A stretch of DNA of 63,683 nucleotides, filler included, from Hyphochytrium catenoides (GCA_900088475.1; 10 parts of 10 records of this genome joined end to end with filler, not necessarily neighbours in it), one strand, 5' to 3'. Shown: positions 53,771-63,683, counted from the first letter of the whole stretch. Program-made: numbers and translations. Notes: generated by a model not told the origin, from the letters alone.

Positions 53771-54291
53771 GTTTGTTCCCCTTTCTTAATAATTCCCACA
53801 ATGGAGCTTTGTTAAGCTGTTAACATAATTAAGACTCAGATGGATAATAGCCATTACTAAGGCAATCTCACTTTATTGCATCTAAGCATATCATCGCTAA
53901 GCAGATTCCGTCATTCCATCGCATCAGATTTTGCATCCTCGATGGATAAATTGGTGACTGGCGAGAGAAGGAACCTCGTCTTCCGTCGCTCCTCAGTTCT
54001 TGTTCCCCTCTCTGGCGCACCAGGCTTCCTCCTTCCCGCCACTGATGCTTTTCCCCTCTTTGGTTTTTCTTTTTTTTTTTTCTTTCTAATTGTTGGTCTT
54101 GGTTCTCCTATAATTGTTTTGATTGCACCTCAAATCTTCCAGGATTGTAGTTCAAGACTTAGGTGGTAGGCTGTGTGATGGCAAACACGGAGTTGATTAG
54201 TGTTGGAGCCATCCTACCTGAGCGCAACGTTAGATGACACCTCCTCCTCCTCCGATTATTAGCGCAACGTTAGACTTTCTAGCTCGTGTCT

Positions 54292-54510
54292 CTTCTTCTC
54301 CCTCTTCGCTTCCTCTTCCTCTTCTTCTTCTTCTTCTTCTTCTTCTTCTTGCTCTTCTTTTTCTTGTTCTTCTTTCTCTTCTTCTTCTTCATCTTCTTCA
54401 TCTTCTTCATATCCTTCTTGTTCTTCTTCCTCCTCGACTTCTTCTTCTTCTTCTTCTTCTTCATCTCCTTCTTCTTCTTCATCTCCTTCTTCTTCTTCTT
54501 CTTCTTCTTC
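54292..54510. repeat. (TTC)n/(GAA)n trinucleotide tract
   Basis: Imperfect TTC/TCC/ATC repeats; they produce poly-E/K/F/L ORFs in several frames. Confidence 0.9.
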
Positions 54511-54752
54511 CACTTGTACTACTTTAGATTTATCTGCACCAGGTGGTGGAACATTCGTGATGCATACGTTAAGCCTGTGGCTCGCCACATTGATGGTACA
54601 TTGTTATTAAATGTGCTCCACGCTGGTAACATCTCTCGTCCCTGGTAGGGAGAACATCTCATAACCACCTTCTTACTCTGAAAACTACAGGCTTGACGTA
54701 TTATGCGTCACGGATGTTACACTGAATGCAGATAATCTAGAGTAGTCAGTGT
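54511..54752. repeat. Imperfect long inverted repeat (MITE-like hairpin)
   Basis: 54511-54580 (CACTTGTACTACTTTAGATTTATCTGCA...AACATTCGTGATGCATACGTTAAGCCTGTGG) aligns with the reverse complement of about 54685-54752. Confidence 0.6.
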
Positions 54753-56013
54753 GACCGTGTTGGTAAACCTGTTCCACCCTCTTGGGAACATCCTTGTGAG
54801 GGAGGACATACACCTCAATAACCACCTTCTTCTACTTCATCGCTGTCCTCATTTGGCAGGATTTTGGTCTGTGGAGGCGATGATTCTAGAGTTCCGCCGT
54901 CGAGGACTCATCCATTTCGTGGAACGTTGTGACCTGTTGAGTTGTGACCTGTTGAAGTTGTTAGCTAATTGAGGTTGATTTTTATAGATAGGAAAGAAGC
55001 GAGAATATTCTCCATTGGCTTCCTTCCTTTTTAAGGAATGGAGGCAACTTTTCAGTCTCGTCCGTCCCTGGTCATTCCAAGAATTGAGTCTATTCCGTTG
55101 TCGACATATTTTAGTAGTTTATCAGCAGGATCAGTTCGTGTCTGGTAGGTTGTGTTGCTTGCGTGGTGGTTATATTGCTTGGGTTTGACGAACTGGCCCC
55201 CGTCCTCTGCTTCTTCAGGAGGCGGATAGAACGTGGACGTTTAGTGAAAAAGATAACATCTGCATCTGTCTGACTGAAGTCGAAGACTAAGAAAGGGACT
55301 TCTTCTCCCTGGGCGGCCATGATGCGTTGCTGCTCGCTTGTTGCTGATGTTGACAAAAAAAAAAAAAAAGAAGGCATGTTCAGAGCTGTCTCCCTGCCTG
55401 ATAATTGCAGTGGTGTGTCATCATACTTCAGTCACCGTTGATAAGTATAGAGAGACTGAATCAAGACCCACCAATGAAGCGCAGACTGTTATGAGAAGAA
55501 AGTGACAACAACGTCAAAGAAGGATGCTGGGAGAGAGAAGAAGAGGAAGCTGGCGGCGGTGGTGATGGGACGTTCATTGAACATATCACAGCAGTAAAAG
55601 AAGAAGAAGAGCGAGAGCCTAAGAGACAATACGAAGAAGAAAGAGGTCAGTTCCTTTCAAACAGTGAGGGTCTTGCTCGTTNNNNNNNNNNNNNNNNNNN
55701 NNNNNNNNNNNNNNNNNNNNNNNNNTTAATTAATTAANNNNNNNNNNNNNNNNNNNNNNNNNNNNNNNNNNNNNNNNNNNNGTTGGACTAAGTTAGCCCC
55801 AGTTATAGCTTAGTCCGACAGAACATTTATAATCAAGCGCTTGGCTCGTAACACTGGCCTCATCGGAGTTCTGAGTCACAGTGAGACAATCTGAAGGGTG
55901 GGATTTATGCGTCTAGTTCTCAAGCTAGGATTCTAAGACATAGACATCCTACCTAGGGCTCAAAGCTATAGCCAGGAGCGCCAGACCCAACTTGTTCCCG
56001 ACAAACGATAACA

Positions 56014-58629
56014 ATGGCGTCAATCATCAGTTGCTATTATTGCCAGCAGCCGGCTGATGTAGTTTGTTTGGACTGCAATTCTCGACGTTTCTGTGGACCT
56101 TGTGACAGCAAGAAGCACGGGAAAGGGGTCTGGAATGAGCATGAGCGCAATCAAATGCAGCTCTGTCAGTCTTGTGGCGAAGCGGTTGCCTCGATCTTCT
56201 GTACTTCCTGTCCAGTCAACCGCAATACCTTTGGTGCTCATTTCTGTGAGTCGTGCTGTGAGTGTGAGCATCCGCAGCACATCACAGGGTCCTTGGAGCA
56301 TATTCTAGTACCATCCACTAGGTCTGATCAGTCATCGAGCGACGACTTGACCAATGCGACCCAGACGGTGGCTCAGTGGAGGCAGCAGCGATTGACGGAT
56401 AATCAACCTTTTCCGCTAGTAGATTGTCACCACCACAATCAGAAGAAAAATGAAGAAGCCACCAGAGCTGCTGAGGTCATGAGAACGTTTGTGGCACAAC
56501 AAGAACTGTCAAAGTCACGACAACTCAAGCCACTTATGGACAAGCGAAGGGATCTAGAGCGTCGACTCGAGGAGAGGGAACTCGAGAAACTTCGTTGCAG
56601 TAAGTTCAAAGACGACATGAAGGAGGTGATAGAGAAATATGACGAAGCTAGGGATCTCCTGACTGCGCTGGATGTCAAGCTAATGACGGACCTTAATGGG
56701 ACTATTGAAGCTTACGAGACGACTACTCCCAAAGGTCTCGACATTGTGGAGATCTCTCGTCAACTGCAGAGGAGGACTACGCTGCTTTACAAAATTGGGG
56801 ATCTACTAGCACGAATGGACAAATTGGCGGCATCCAGAGTCAGGATATTCCAGGGACTCAGACGCCTGGAGTACGAGCTTCTGTTTCTGCGTTCAGGATC
56901 TTCAGCAGATGTAGTAAGGAAACAGCAGGTCTTAGCTGATATTGCCAAACTCAAGGCGAAAACAGAACAGAATCTTCGGCAGGAAGCTACCAAGAATTCA
57001 GATGGCCCTTGGGACAGGGAGCACGGGAAAGGGGTCTGGAATGAGCATGATCGCAATCGAATGCAGCCCTGTCAGTTTTGTGGCAAAGCGGTTGCCTCGA
57101 TCTTCTGTACTTCCTGTCCAGTCAACCGCAATACCTCTGGTCTTCATTTTTGTGAGCCGTGCTGTGAGTTTGAGCATCCGCAGCACATCACAAAGTCCTT
57201 GCAGCATATTCTAGTACCATCCACTAAGTTTGATCAGTTATCGAGCGGCGACTTGACCAATGCGACCCAGACGGTGGCTCAGTGGAGGCAGCAGCGACTG
57301 AGGGATAATCAACCTTTTCCGCTAGTAAATCGTTACCAGGACAATATGAAGGAAGATGAAGGATCCACCAGAGCTGCCGAGGAGGTCATGAGAACGTTTG
57401 TGGCACAGCAAGGACTAGCACTTTCACGACAGGTCAAGCCACTACTGGAAAAGCGAAGGGATCTACTGCATCGACTCGCGGACGAGGAGAAGGAGCCGGA
57501 CCATTTGCGTTGGAGTAAGTCCAAGGAGGACATGAAGGAGGTGTGAGAGAGGTATGACGAAGTTAGAGGTCTCCTGACTGCGCTGGATGTCAAGCTGATG
57601 ACGGGTCTTAATGTGACTATTGACGCGTACGAGACGACTACTCCCAAAGGTCTCGACATTGTGGAGTTATCGCGTCAACTGCAGAGGAGGACTACGCTGC
57701 TTTACAAAATTGAGGATCTACTAGCACGACTGGAGAAGTTGGCGGCATCCAGAGGCAGGATGTTCGACAGAGTTCGTTCGTACCTTTCGACGCTTCGGCT
57801 TTTCGAGACTTTGCCTCCACCAGATATTACCCGCGAACAACAGAAGCAGCAGGTCTTAGCTGAAATTGCCAAACTCAAGGCACAAACAGAAAAGAAACTT
57901 CAGCAGGAGGAGGCTACGGAGGATGGAAATGGACCTTGTGACAGTAAGAAGGATGGGAATAATCAACCTTCTCCTCTAGTAGATCGTAACCGAATGGAAG
58001 GTGAAGAAGCCACCAGAGCTGATGCGGTCATGAGAACCTTTGTGGAACAACAAGAATTGGCGTTATCACGACAGTTCAAGCCACTGCCTAAAGCGCGCAG
58101 GAATCTACAGCGTCGACTCGCGGACAAGGAGAAGGAGCTGGAGGAAAAGCGTCGGAGTAAATCCGAGGATGACAACATGGCGGAGGTGAGAGAGAGGTAT
58201 GGCGAAGTTAGAGGTCTGCTTACTGCGCTGGGTGTCAAGCTGATGGCGGATCTTGATCTGGCTATTGACGCTTACGAGACCACTACTCCCCAAAGTCTTG
58301 ACGCCCTGGAGAGATCTCGTCAACTTCAGAGGAGGACTACTCTGATTTACAAGATTGAGGATCTACTGGCACGACTGGAGAAATTGGTGGCATCGAAAGG
58401 GAAGATCATTGAGAGAGTCGATCAGGGCCTTTCGATGCTTCAATTTCAATTTCCTTGGGGGTTTATGTCTTCAGCAGATGGTTCCCGAGAAGGAAAGAAG
58501 AAGCAACAGGTCTTAGCTGATATCGCCAAACTCAAGGCGATAACGGAAAAGAAACTTCGCCAGGAAGCTACGGCAGAGGAAGATGAAGACTCTGAGGAGG
58601 AGGTCGATGTCGCGGCGGCGGAGAAATAG
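56014..58629 (+). pseudogene. B-box zinc-finger/helical protein made of three tandem ~310-330-codon units, interrupted by an in-frame TGA at 57544-57546 (pseudogene, read-through or base error)
   Basis: ORFs 56014-57546 and 57598-58629 are in the same frame. B-box-like Cys/His motifs occur in units 1 and 2. All three units share the block AYETTTP..LD..E.SRQLQRRTTL.YKI.DLLAR. Confidence 0.7.
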
Positions 58630-59255
58630 GTCGAGGAGCAAGATGAGAAGGAGCACGTAACTGATGAAGAGACCGAGGTTGATAAAGAGGAAGTGGTTAG
58701 TGCAGACCAATCCGAGAAAAAAATAAGAAGCTTGAAGCTTAGCAGCTATATGAGCGTATTGCAACCTGGAAATTACACAGTGCAAGGGTCAAAAAAAGAG
58801 GACGTTCTTATGTGAGCCCCGCAAATTTTTTTCTCTCTCGCATCATTGGTGAGGAAGAGGAGTTCGCCGCTTCATCTCCTNNNNNNNNNNNNNNNNNNNN
58901 NNNNNNNNNNNNNNNNNNNNNNNNTTAATTAATTAANNNNNNNNNNNNNNNNNNNNNNNNNNNNNNNNNNNNNNNNNNNNTCCCTTCGCAGGAACACACG
59001 CGGAAGTGTATTTTTGGGCTTTATCGAGAACTTGGGCTGCGGATTATTGCGAAAGTCGTCTCTGTTGTCAGAAGTTTGAGACTTCGCCCGCCCAGACATA
59101 GAAGATTAGTGCCCACAAAGTCAACAGTGGGGCCGTCTTCGCAGTGCAAAGATCGTGGGAGAACTCGTTATTGAAATTCTGGGTGGGACTAGTATAGTGA
59201 GTCATTGGCTTTCGAGGTGGTAGCAGCGGTCATTCGGAGGGAGAACGCTGTCACG

Positions 59256-60763
59256 ATGGAGGAAGAAACAGATTCCTATGACCATTTATTCAAGCTACTC
59301 CTGGTTGGTGATGCTGGGGTCGGGAAGAGCAGGTAATTTGAGAGAATGAGACTTTTACGAGTTCTGTGCATCGGGCGGACACTGATAAACCCCGACCTCC
59401 TCTTGTAGTATGCTCTTAAGGTTTACTGAGGATGCTTTCGATGATCATCTACAGAGCACGATAGGTAAGCGCTGACGATCCACAGACCTTCCACAAACTT
59501 TTCTTTGAAGTTTATCTAAACCATTGCACAATAGGTGTTGATTTCAAGGTAAAAATGCTGACGGTGGACAACAAGCGGGTGAAGATGACCATTTGGGATA
59601 CAGGTAAGGTGTCTACCCTTGCTTAGCCTATAATAATCGAAGGAAATGAGAGCACCTTCTTAAGCCTAACGACGTGCCTTTCTCTTCTATAGCTGGGCAA
59701 GAAAGGTTCAGGACGCTTACGAGTTCCTACTACCGAGGAGCCCAAGGCATTGTTCTAGGTAAGGGATATAAAGAAGCCTGATAAGATACAACTCCGTTGT
59801 GGCTCTTATTTGCTCTTCCACTTCTTTTGGCATCTTTCTTTTTATCTCAAGGTCAGATCTTTCCCTACTATTGATTCTATACCCACAGTCTCTCGGCACC
59901 CAGCCCGCTGGCCCTACGTTTAGATTAGAGTCTATCTATTAGAGTGCAAGTGTGGATGCCTGTCCAACTATGAGCTTCGATCCTTTGTGTTGTCGTTTAA
60001 GTGCGTATCCCTTTTCGTTCCACGGCTCTCATATGCAACTCATGCTGATGATCGTCTGCACCCTGTGCTTCTATTGGGCAGTATACGACGTATCAAGGCG
60101 AGAGACGTTTGAGAATCTGGATCTTTGGCTGGAAGAGGTAGAAGTGTACAGCCCTACAGGCCGGAAGGACGTCGTTAAGCTACTTGTTGGGAACAAAATT
60201 GATAAAGAGAGGGCCGTCAGCAGGAAGGAGGCGGATGCCTGGGCCCGGTCTAAAGGAATGCTTTTTTTGGAGAGCAGCGCCAAGACGCGAGTCGGCATCC
60301 AGCAGGTAACTCCTTCGTCAAACGCCCGCAGTGTGCTCTCTGTCGCTCAACCTCTTTCTTGTCTTTCCTTGTCAAGTTTCCAATCTTCCTCTCTCTTGAG
60401 CTGAGTCAGGGCTCTTCGCCCAGAGTCTTCTCTTTTCTCTTCTTCTTCCCCAGTTCTTTTCTCCTTCTCCCGCCTCTTCCTTCCTCGCCATGGACATGTT
60501 CTGTTCACGTCATCTTTTGGTTCCACGCTTGGTGACTTGTCGAAGTCTCATTCAAGCAAACCACCTAAGGCCTTACCTTTCATCTATCTTCTTGTCTTCT
60601 TTTCTGTTATTTTCCCCATTCAACCGCTTTCTCATGTGCTTTGGACATCTAGGTTTTCAACGAAATCGTAATGAAGATTCTTGAGAAGCCAGAGCTACTG
60701 ACAAACACTGTCCCTAAGCGTCGGGATGCCCCACGCCTCGATGCTGCACATGGATATAACAGC
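59256..60763 (+). CDS. RAB18: Rab18 small GTPase (3' end lost in the spacer)
   Basis: Exons 59256-59332, 59409-59464, 59535-59603, 59693-59758, 60082-60305, 60653-60763. [42 protein letters not shown] (Rab18-type), LVGNKID, ESSAKT. Confidence 0.93.
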
Positions 60764-60863
60764 NNNNNNNNNNNNNNNNNNNNNNNNNNNNNNNNNNNNN
60801 NNNNNNNTTAATTAATTAANNNNNNNNNNNNNNNNNNNNNNNNNNNNNNNNNNNNNNNNNNNN

Positions 60864-61165
60864 GATTTGATGTTCTTCTTGCCCTGATAAATGGGACGAT
60901 ATCTCCAAAACGAAGCGGTTTCAGAAGGAAATAATGGCACCAATGAACTCAGCGATGCCGATTTACCCCCTGTCACTCTTTGAAAGCTCCGAAAAAAGGT
61001 GATTTTGGGCCGAAATCGTGCCTGAAACTTCCCCTTTGGAAAGTGCTCATATGGTTGAAATTTTGGGTGGAGGGGTCGAAATTTATACCGAAATTTTGGA
61101 CGAAACGTTGCAATGTTTCAAACGTTTCTTCGAAGTTTTCGTTGAAATATTTCCGAAAGTGTCAA
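60864..61165. repeat. Probable non-autonomous interspersed repeat fragment
   Basis: Non-coding, with recurring GAAATTT/CGAAA motifs; no termini visible. Confidence 0.25.
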
Positions 61166-61394
61166 TGGAACAGGATTGTCGTTAGCGGTTGTATAACCAC
61201 ACAGGGAGCCGGTACTGGCTAGTTGTTATGTCCGCCGGCGAGACCGGGTAGCCGTTATTGCCCAGTGGAGCTCGTTGGCTGCTCCGGGGGGCCGACTTGA
61301 TCTTGGTCTCGGTCGGGATCGCAATGGTCCAGTGGTTGGCTCAGAGGCCTCAGAACAAGTTTCCGATTCCTGGGGAACGCGTGGGCCCATAACC

Positions 61395-61616
61395 TGTCGG
61401 ATTATATGGGATGATGATTGGACAATGTCATTAGATGAGAGTGCTCTACTTATAAGCCCAATTGGGGTCCCATAATCTAGAGCTATTCTGACTATGCCAA
61501 CTATTCCTAATAAACCCTAAGATATTCAGTCATAGAGAAATCCCTGTCTAGAACAGTCAGTCCTGAAGGTATTCCGGGGTACTGACCATAAGCATAATAA
61601 TGATTAAAATCTAACA
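61395..61616 (+). mobile_element. Short LTR (222 bp), 5' LTR of a TRIM-like element
   Basis: TGTCGGATT...AATCTAACA termini (TG..CA with ~9-bp inverted ends). Homologous copies at 62053-62248 (+) and ~62597-62673 (-). Directly followed by a TGG-initiated PBS. Confidence 0.85.
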
Positions 61617-61630
61617 TGGTGTACGCTCCG
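61617..61630 (+). promoter_or_regulatory. Primer-binding site TGGTGTACGCTCCG
   Basis: Starts immediately after the LTR CA end. It is the 14/14 reverse complement of 61910-61920 plus CCA. Confidence 0.85.
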
Positions 61631-61732
61631 AGCGATTTAACTCGGGCAATATAGTGAGCCATTCGGTTCTGTTACCACGGATGACCATCACAGTTCCATT
61701 TGGATCTAGAGCTTACAGAGTTCTCTAGATCC

Positions 61733-61739
61733 GGGGGAG
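61733..61739 (+). promoter_or_regulatory. Copia-style polypurine tract GGGGGAG followed by TG
   Basis: GGGGGAG|TGTGG matches the usual Copia PPT-LTR junction form. Confidence 0.5.
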
Positions 61740-61810
61740 TGTGGAACTGTGATCGACGCTGAAAACCAAAAAAAGTGTACAGCGGACGACGCAGAGGGGA
61801 AAGTCACTGG

Positions 61811-61817
61811 TATATAA
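61811..61817 (+). promoter_or_regulatory. TATA box 30 bp upstream of the tRNA-like gene
   Basis: TATATAA at -30 relative to 61841. Confidence 0.6.
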
Positions 61818-61840
61818 ACAAAAACGGAGATTAGTCAAGA

Positions 61841-61920
61841 GTACGTTTGGTGTATGGTGCATACTGGTTAGGGTGTCGGCATCAAAGACAGAGGTCTGGG
61901 TTCAAATCCCGGAGCGTACA
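61841..61920 (+). tRNA. tRNA-like Pol III gene with intact acceptor stem and T-arm but non-canonical D and anticodon arms (nominal ATC anticodon, no U33)
   Basis: Acceptor GTACGTT/AGCGTAC plus discriminator A. T-arm CTGGG-TTCAAAT-CCCGG contains the B box GGTTCAAATCC. A-box-like TGGTGTATGG, anticodon stem TGTC/GACA, TTTT at 61925-61928. Confidence 0.75.
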
Positions 61921-62052
61921 AAACTTTTCTCCGGTATGTCCAGACACCCCCCAATATTAATTCAAAGTGCTCACCATCCAATGATTTCTAAAATCTAACA
62001 TTTCCTGCATTGCGTTTTTGATCAAGCTTCAAACTTGACTATTTCAACTCTT

Positions 62053-62248
62053 TGTTAGATTATATGGGATGATTGGACAATGTCATTAAATGAGAGGGCT
62101 CTACTTATAAGCCCAACAGAGGTTCCATAACCTAGAGCTACTCTGACTATGCCAACTATTCCTAATAAACCCTAAGATATGGAGTTATAGAAATATCCCT
62201 GTCTAGAATACTCAGTCCTGGAGGTGTCCTGGGGTACTGACCAGAAGC
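62053..62248 (+). mobile_element. Second copy of the short LTR (3'-truncated)
   Basis: Begins TGTTAGATTATATGGGATGATTGGACAATGTC; colinear with 61395-61593. Confidence 0.85.
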
Positions 62249-62596
62249 CATAGATATAAACAGGGACATGTCGCTTGCTTCATATCTCGGCTTCTACTGG
62301 GAGTTTAGAGCTGAAACTTGGGTAGTTAAGCTTAGGGTTAGGGCAGTGACTCCCAGTGATCAACATATGTCCATCCAGTGACTCCCCCCAACGAATACCT
62401 CGTCAGACAACCCGATACTGCAGCCCGCCCCTTGCCAACCCCTGAACCAGANNNNNNNNNNNNNNNNNNNNNNNNNNNNNNNNNNNNNNNNNNNNTTAAT
62501 TAATTAANNNNNNNNNNNNNNNNNNNNNNNNNNNNNNNNNNNNNNNNNNNNACCCCTATCTAAAAGGGCGAGCCCTCAGGCTTGCCTGCTGTATTG

Positions 62597-62673
62597 ATAG
62601 GACCCCAGTTGGGCTTATAGGTAGAGCACTCTCATCTTATAACATTGTCTAATCATCCCATACGAAACCAACA
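62597..62673 (-). mobile_element. Third, inverted partial copy of the short LTR (next contig)
   Basis: Reverse complement reads TGTTGGTTTCGTATGGGATGATTAGACAATG...ATAAGCCCAACTGGGGTCC. Confidence 0.75.
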
Positions 62674-63176
62674 TTAACTTCTGCCTGCCCTGACCCCTTT
62701 TTTATAATTACACTACAGAAACAAGTACCCAGACGCAAAAAGTGAGCCGCTGCAGCGATTAGAGAGAATACAACCAGTGAAATTTTGTTCAGACACGAAA
62801 AGTCCATTTGTTTGTGCTGAATTCTCTGTGGGCGAAATTTCAGCATTCACTCCTACTAATTCACCTTCGAGCAAAGTACTAAAGTCGAGCTAGACGCAGT
62901 CGCGCTACTTTTCAGCTGCCCGAGCTGCTAGGATACTGTTCCCGCTGAAGAATAAACGTGAAGCAGAAGCAGGTAAAGAAGTAGAATTACAAGGAGGAGG
63001 AGTTATCTGATGGCTTTCTACCGAAGACATAGATATCAATGTCTAAAGCTCTGTCTTTGCCTAATAAGCTTGATTAACAGGTAACAAGTCGACTTGGTGA
63101 CGATGATGTTATGTGACTGTTTTTGACTTGATAAGGTCTGCCGTCTATCCTCTGCCGATCAACAATCGTCTCGTCC

Positions 63177-63683
63177 TGTTGAATGTATGGGTTCGGAGAC
63201 GATTATATCTATAAAAAGGTCCTCCTCGGCCTAGATGTCAGAATGGGTAGTCTTTAGCTCGTGGGATCTCTTGGGATAAGATCTCTCAATACTACTGAGC
63301 TTAAATCCTAATAGGTGTAGCGTTCTGTAGCATCTAGCATCTAGGAGTTTGGGACTGTAACTTGGATAGTTGGTCTGGTACAGCTTAGTCCGATGCAGTA
63401 AGACTCAGATAGTCCATACTTCAACCCTCCCCGCAGTTCCAAATGTCAGCAGGTAAGCGAGGTTGAGAGTTTCTTAGTGAGAGGATAACCATGGAGGTAT
63501 GTTGGGCACTATCCGTAGCTGAGGGAGTAAGTACTTGACACAATGAAACGGGTAGTGTAACGATATCTGCGGTCATATTCTTGGACGGACAGTAATCATG
63601 ATGAATTTTACAGAGATGGGTGGCAATGCCTGAAGCTTCTTCTGTATGAGCACAATCTAGATGCAATGATAACAAAGGGACTT
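63177..63683 (-). mobile_element. 3' end of a degenerate Ty1/Copia retrotransposon: RNase H tail, PPT and 3' LTR (63177-63426)
   Basis: KIHHDYCPSKNMTADIVTLP matches the Copia Y.pT.dm.ADilTKp motif. PPT GCGGGGAG on the minus strand at 63427-63434. LTR bounded by TGTTGAAtGTAT...ATACTTCAAC inverted ends. Confidence 0.7.

Noticed and set aside
54234-54648. Poly-E, poly-K, poly-L and poly-F ORFs
   Set aside because: Products of the GAA/TTC tract. Flanking minus-strand frames contain stops and no recognisable domain, though a decayed gene cannot be excluded.
57544-58629. Genome-wide stop-codon reassignment
   Set aside because: Conserved genes here end normally at TGA (Mic19-like), TAG (RasGEF A, U2AF2-like, WRAP73) and TAA (RasGEF B, ECI1), with no internal stops noticed.
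61875-61895. TCA in the tRNA-like loop as an opal suppressor or Sec anticodon explaining the TGA at 57544
   Set aside because: The TGTC/GACA stem puts ATC, not TCA, at positions 34-36. There is no U33 or long variable arm, and the two loci are on different contigs.
62332-62343. TTAGGGTTAGGG telomere-like motif
   Set aside because: Only two units, internal, and expected by chance or within a repeat.

Overview
Eukaryotic (protist, probably stramenopile; this is an inference) scaffold made of about ten contigs joined by 100-bp N spacers that carry a TTAATTAATTAA linker. It contains an intronless, internally duplicated multi-pass membrane protein and a ~22-exon coiled-coil gene whose introns are saturated with (CT)n/(AG)n. 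A compact gene block follows: RasGEF(+), Mic19/CHCHD3-like(-), U2AF large-subunit-like(+), enoyl-CoA delta isomerase(-), a second inverted RasGEF paralog(-) and WRAP73(-). After a gene-poor stretch come a secreted Cys-rich protein, a thrice-repeated B-box gene broken by in-frame stops, Rab18, and a terminal cluster of LTR-element pieces. The most striking signal is at 61395-62248. There a miniature non-coding LTR element has a primer-binding site (TGGTGTACGCTCCG) exactly complementary to the 3' end plus post-transcriptional CCA of a tRNA-like Pol III gene ~210 bp downstream, making it a candidate retroelement that encodes its own primer tRNA. Also notable are polarised 5'-(AG)/3'-(CT) introns and a U2AF2-like protein with no visible U2AF1-binding Trp motif. 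All calls come from manual reading and translation; no database searches were run.
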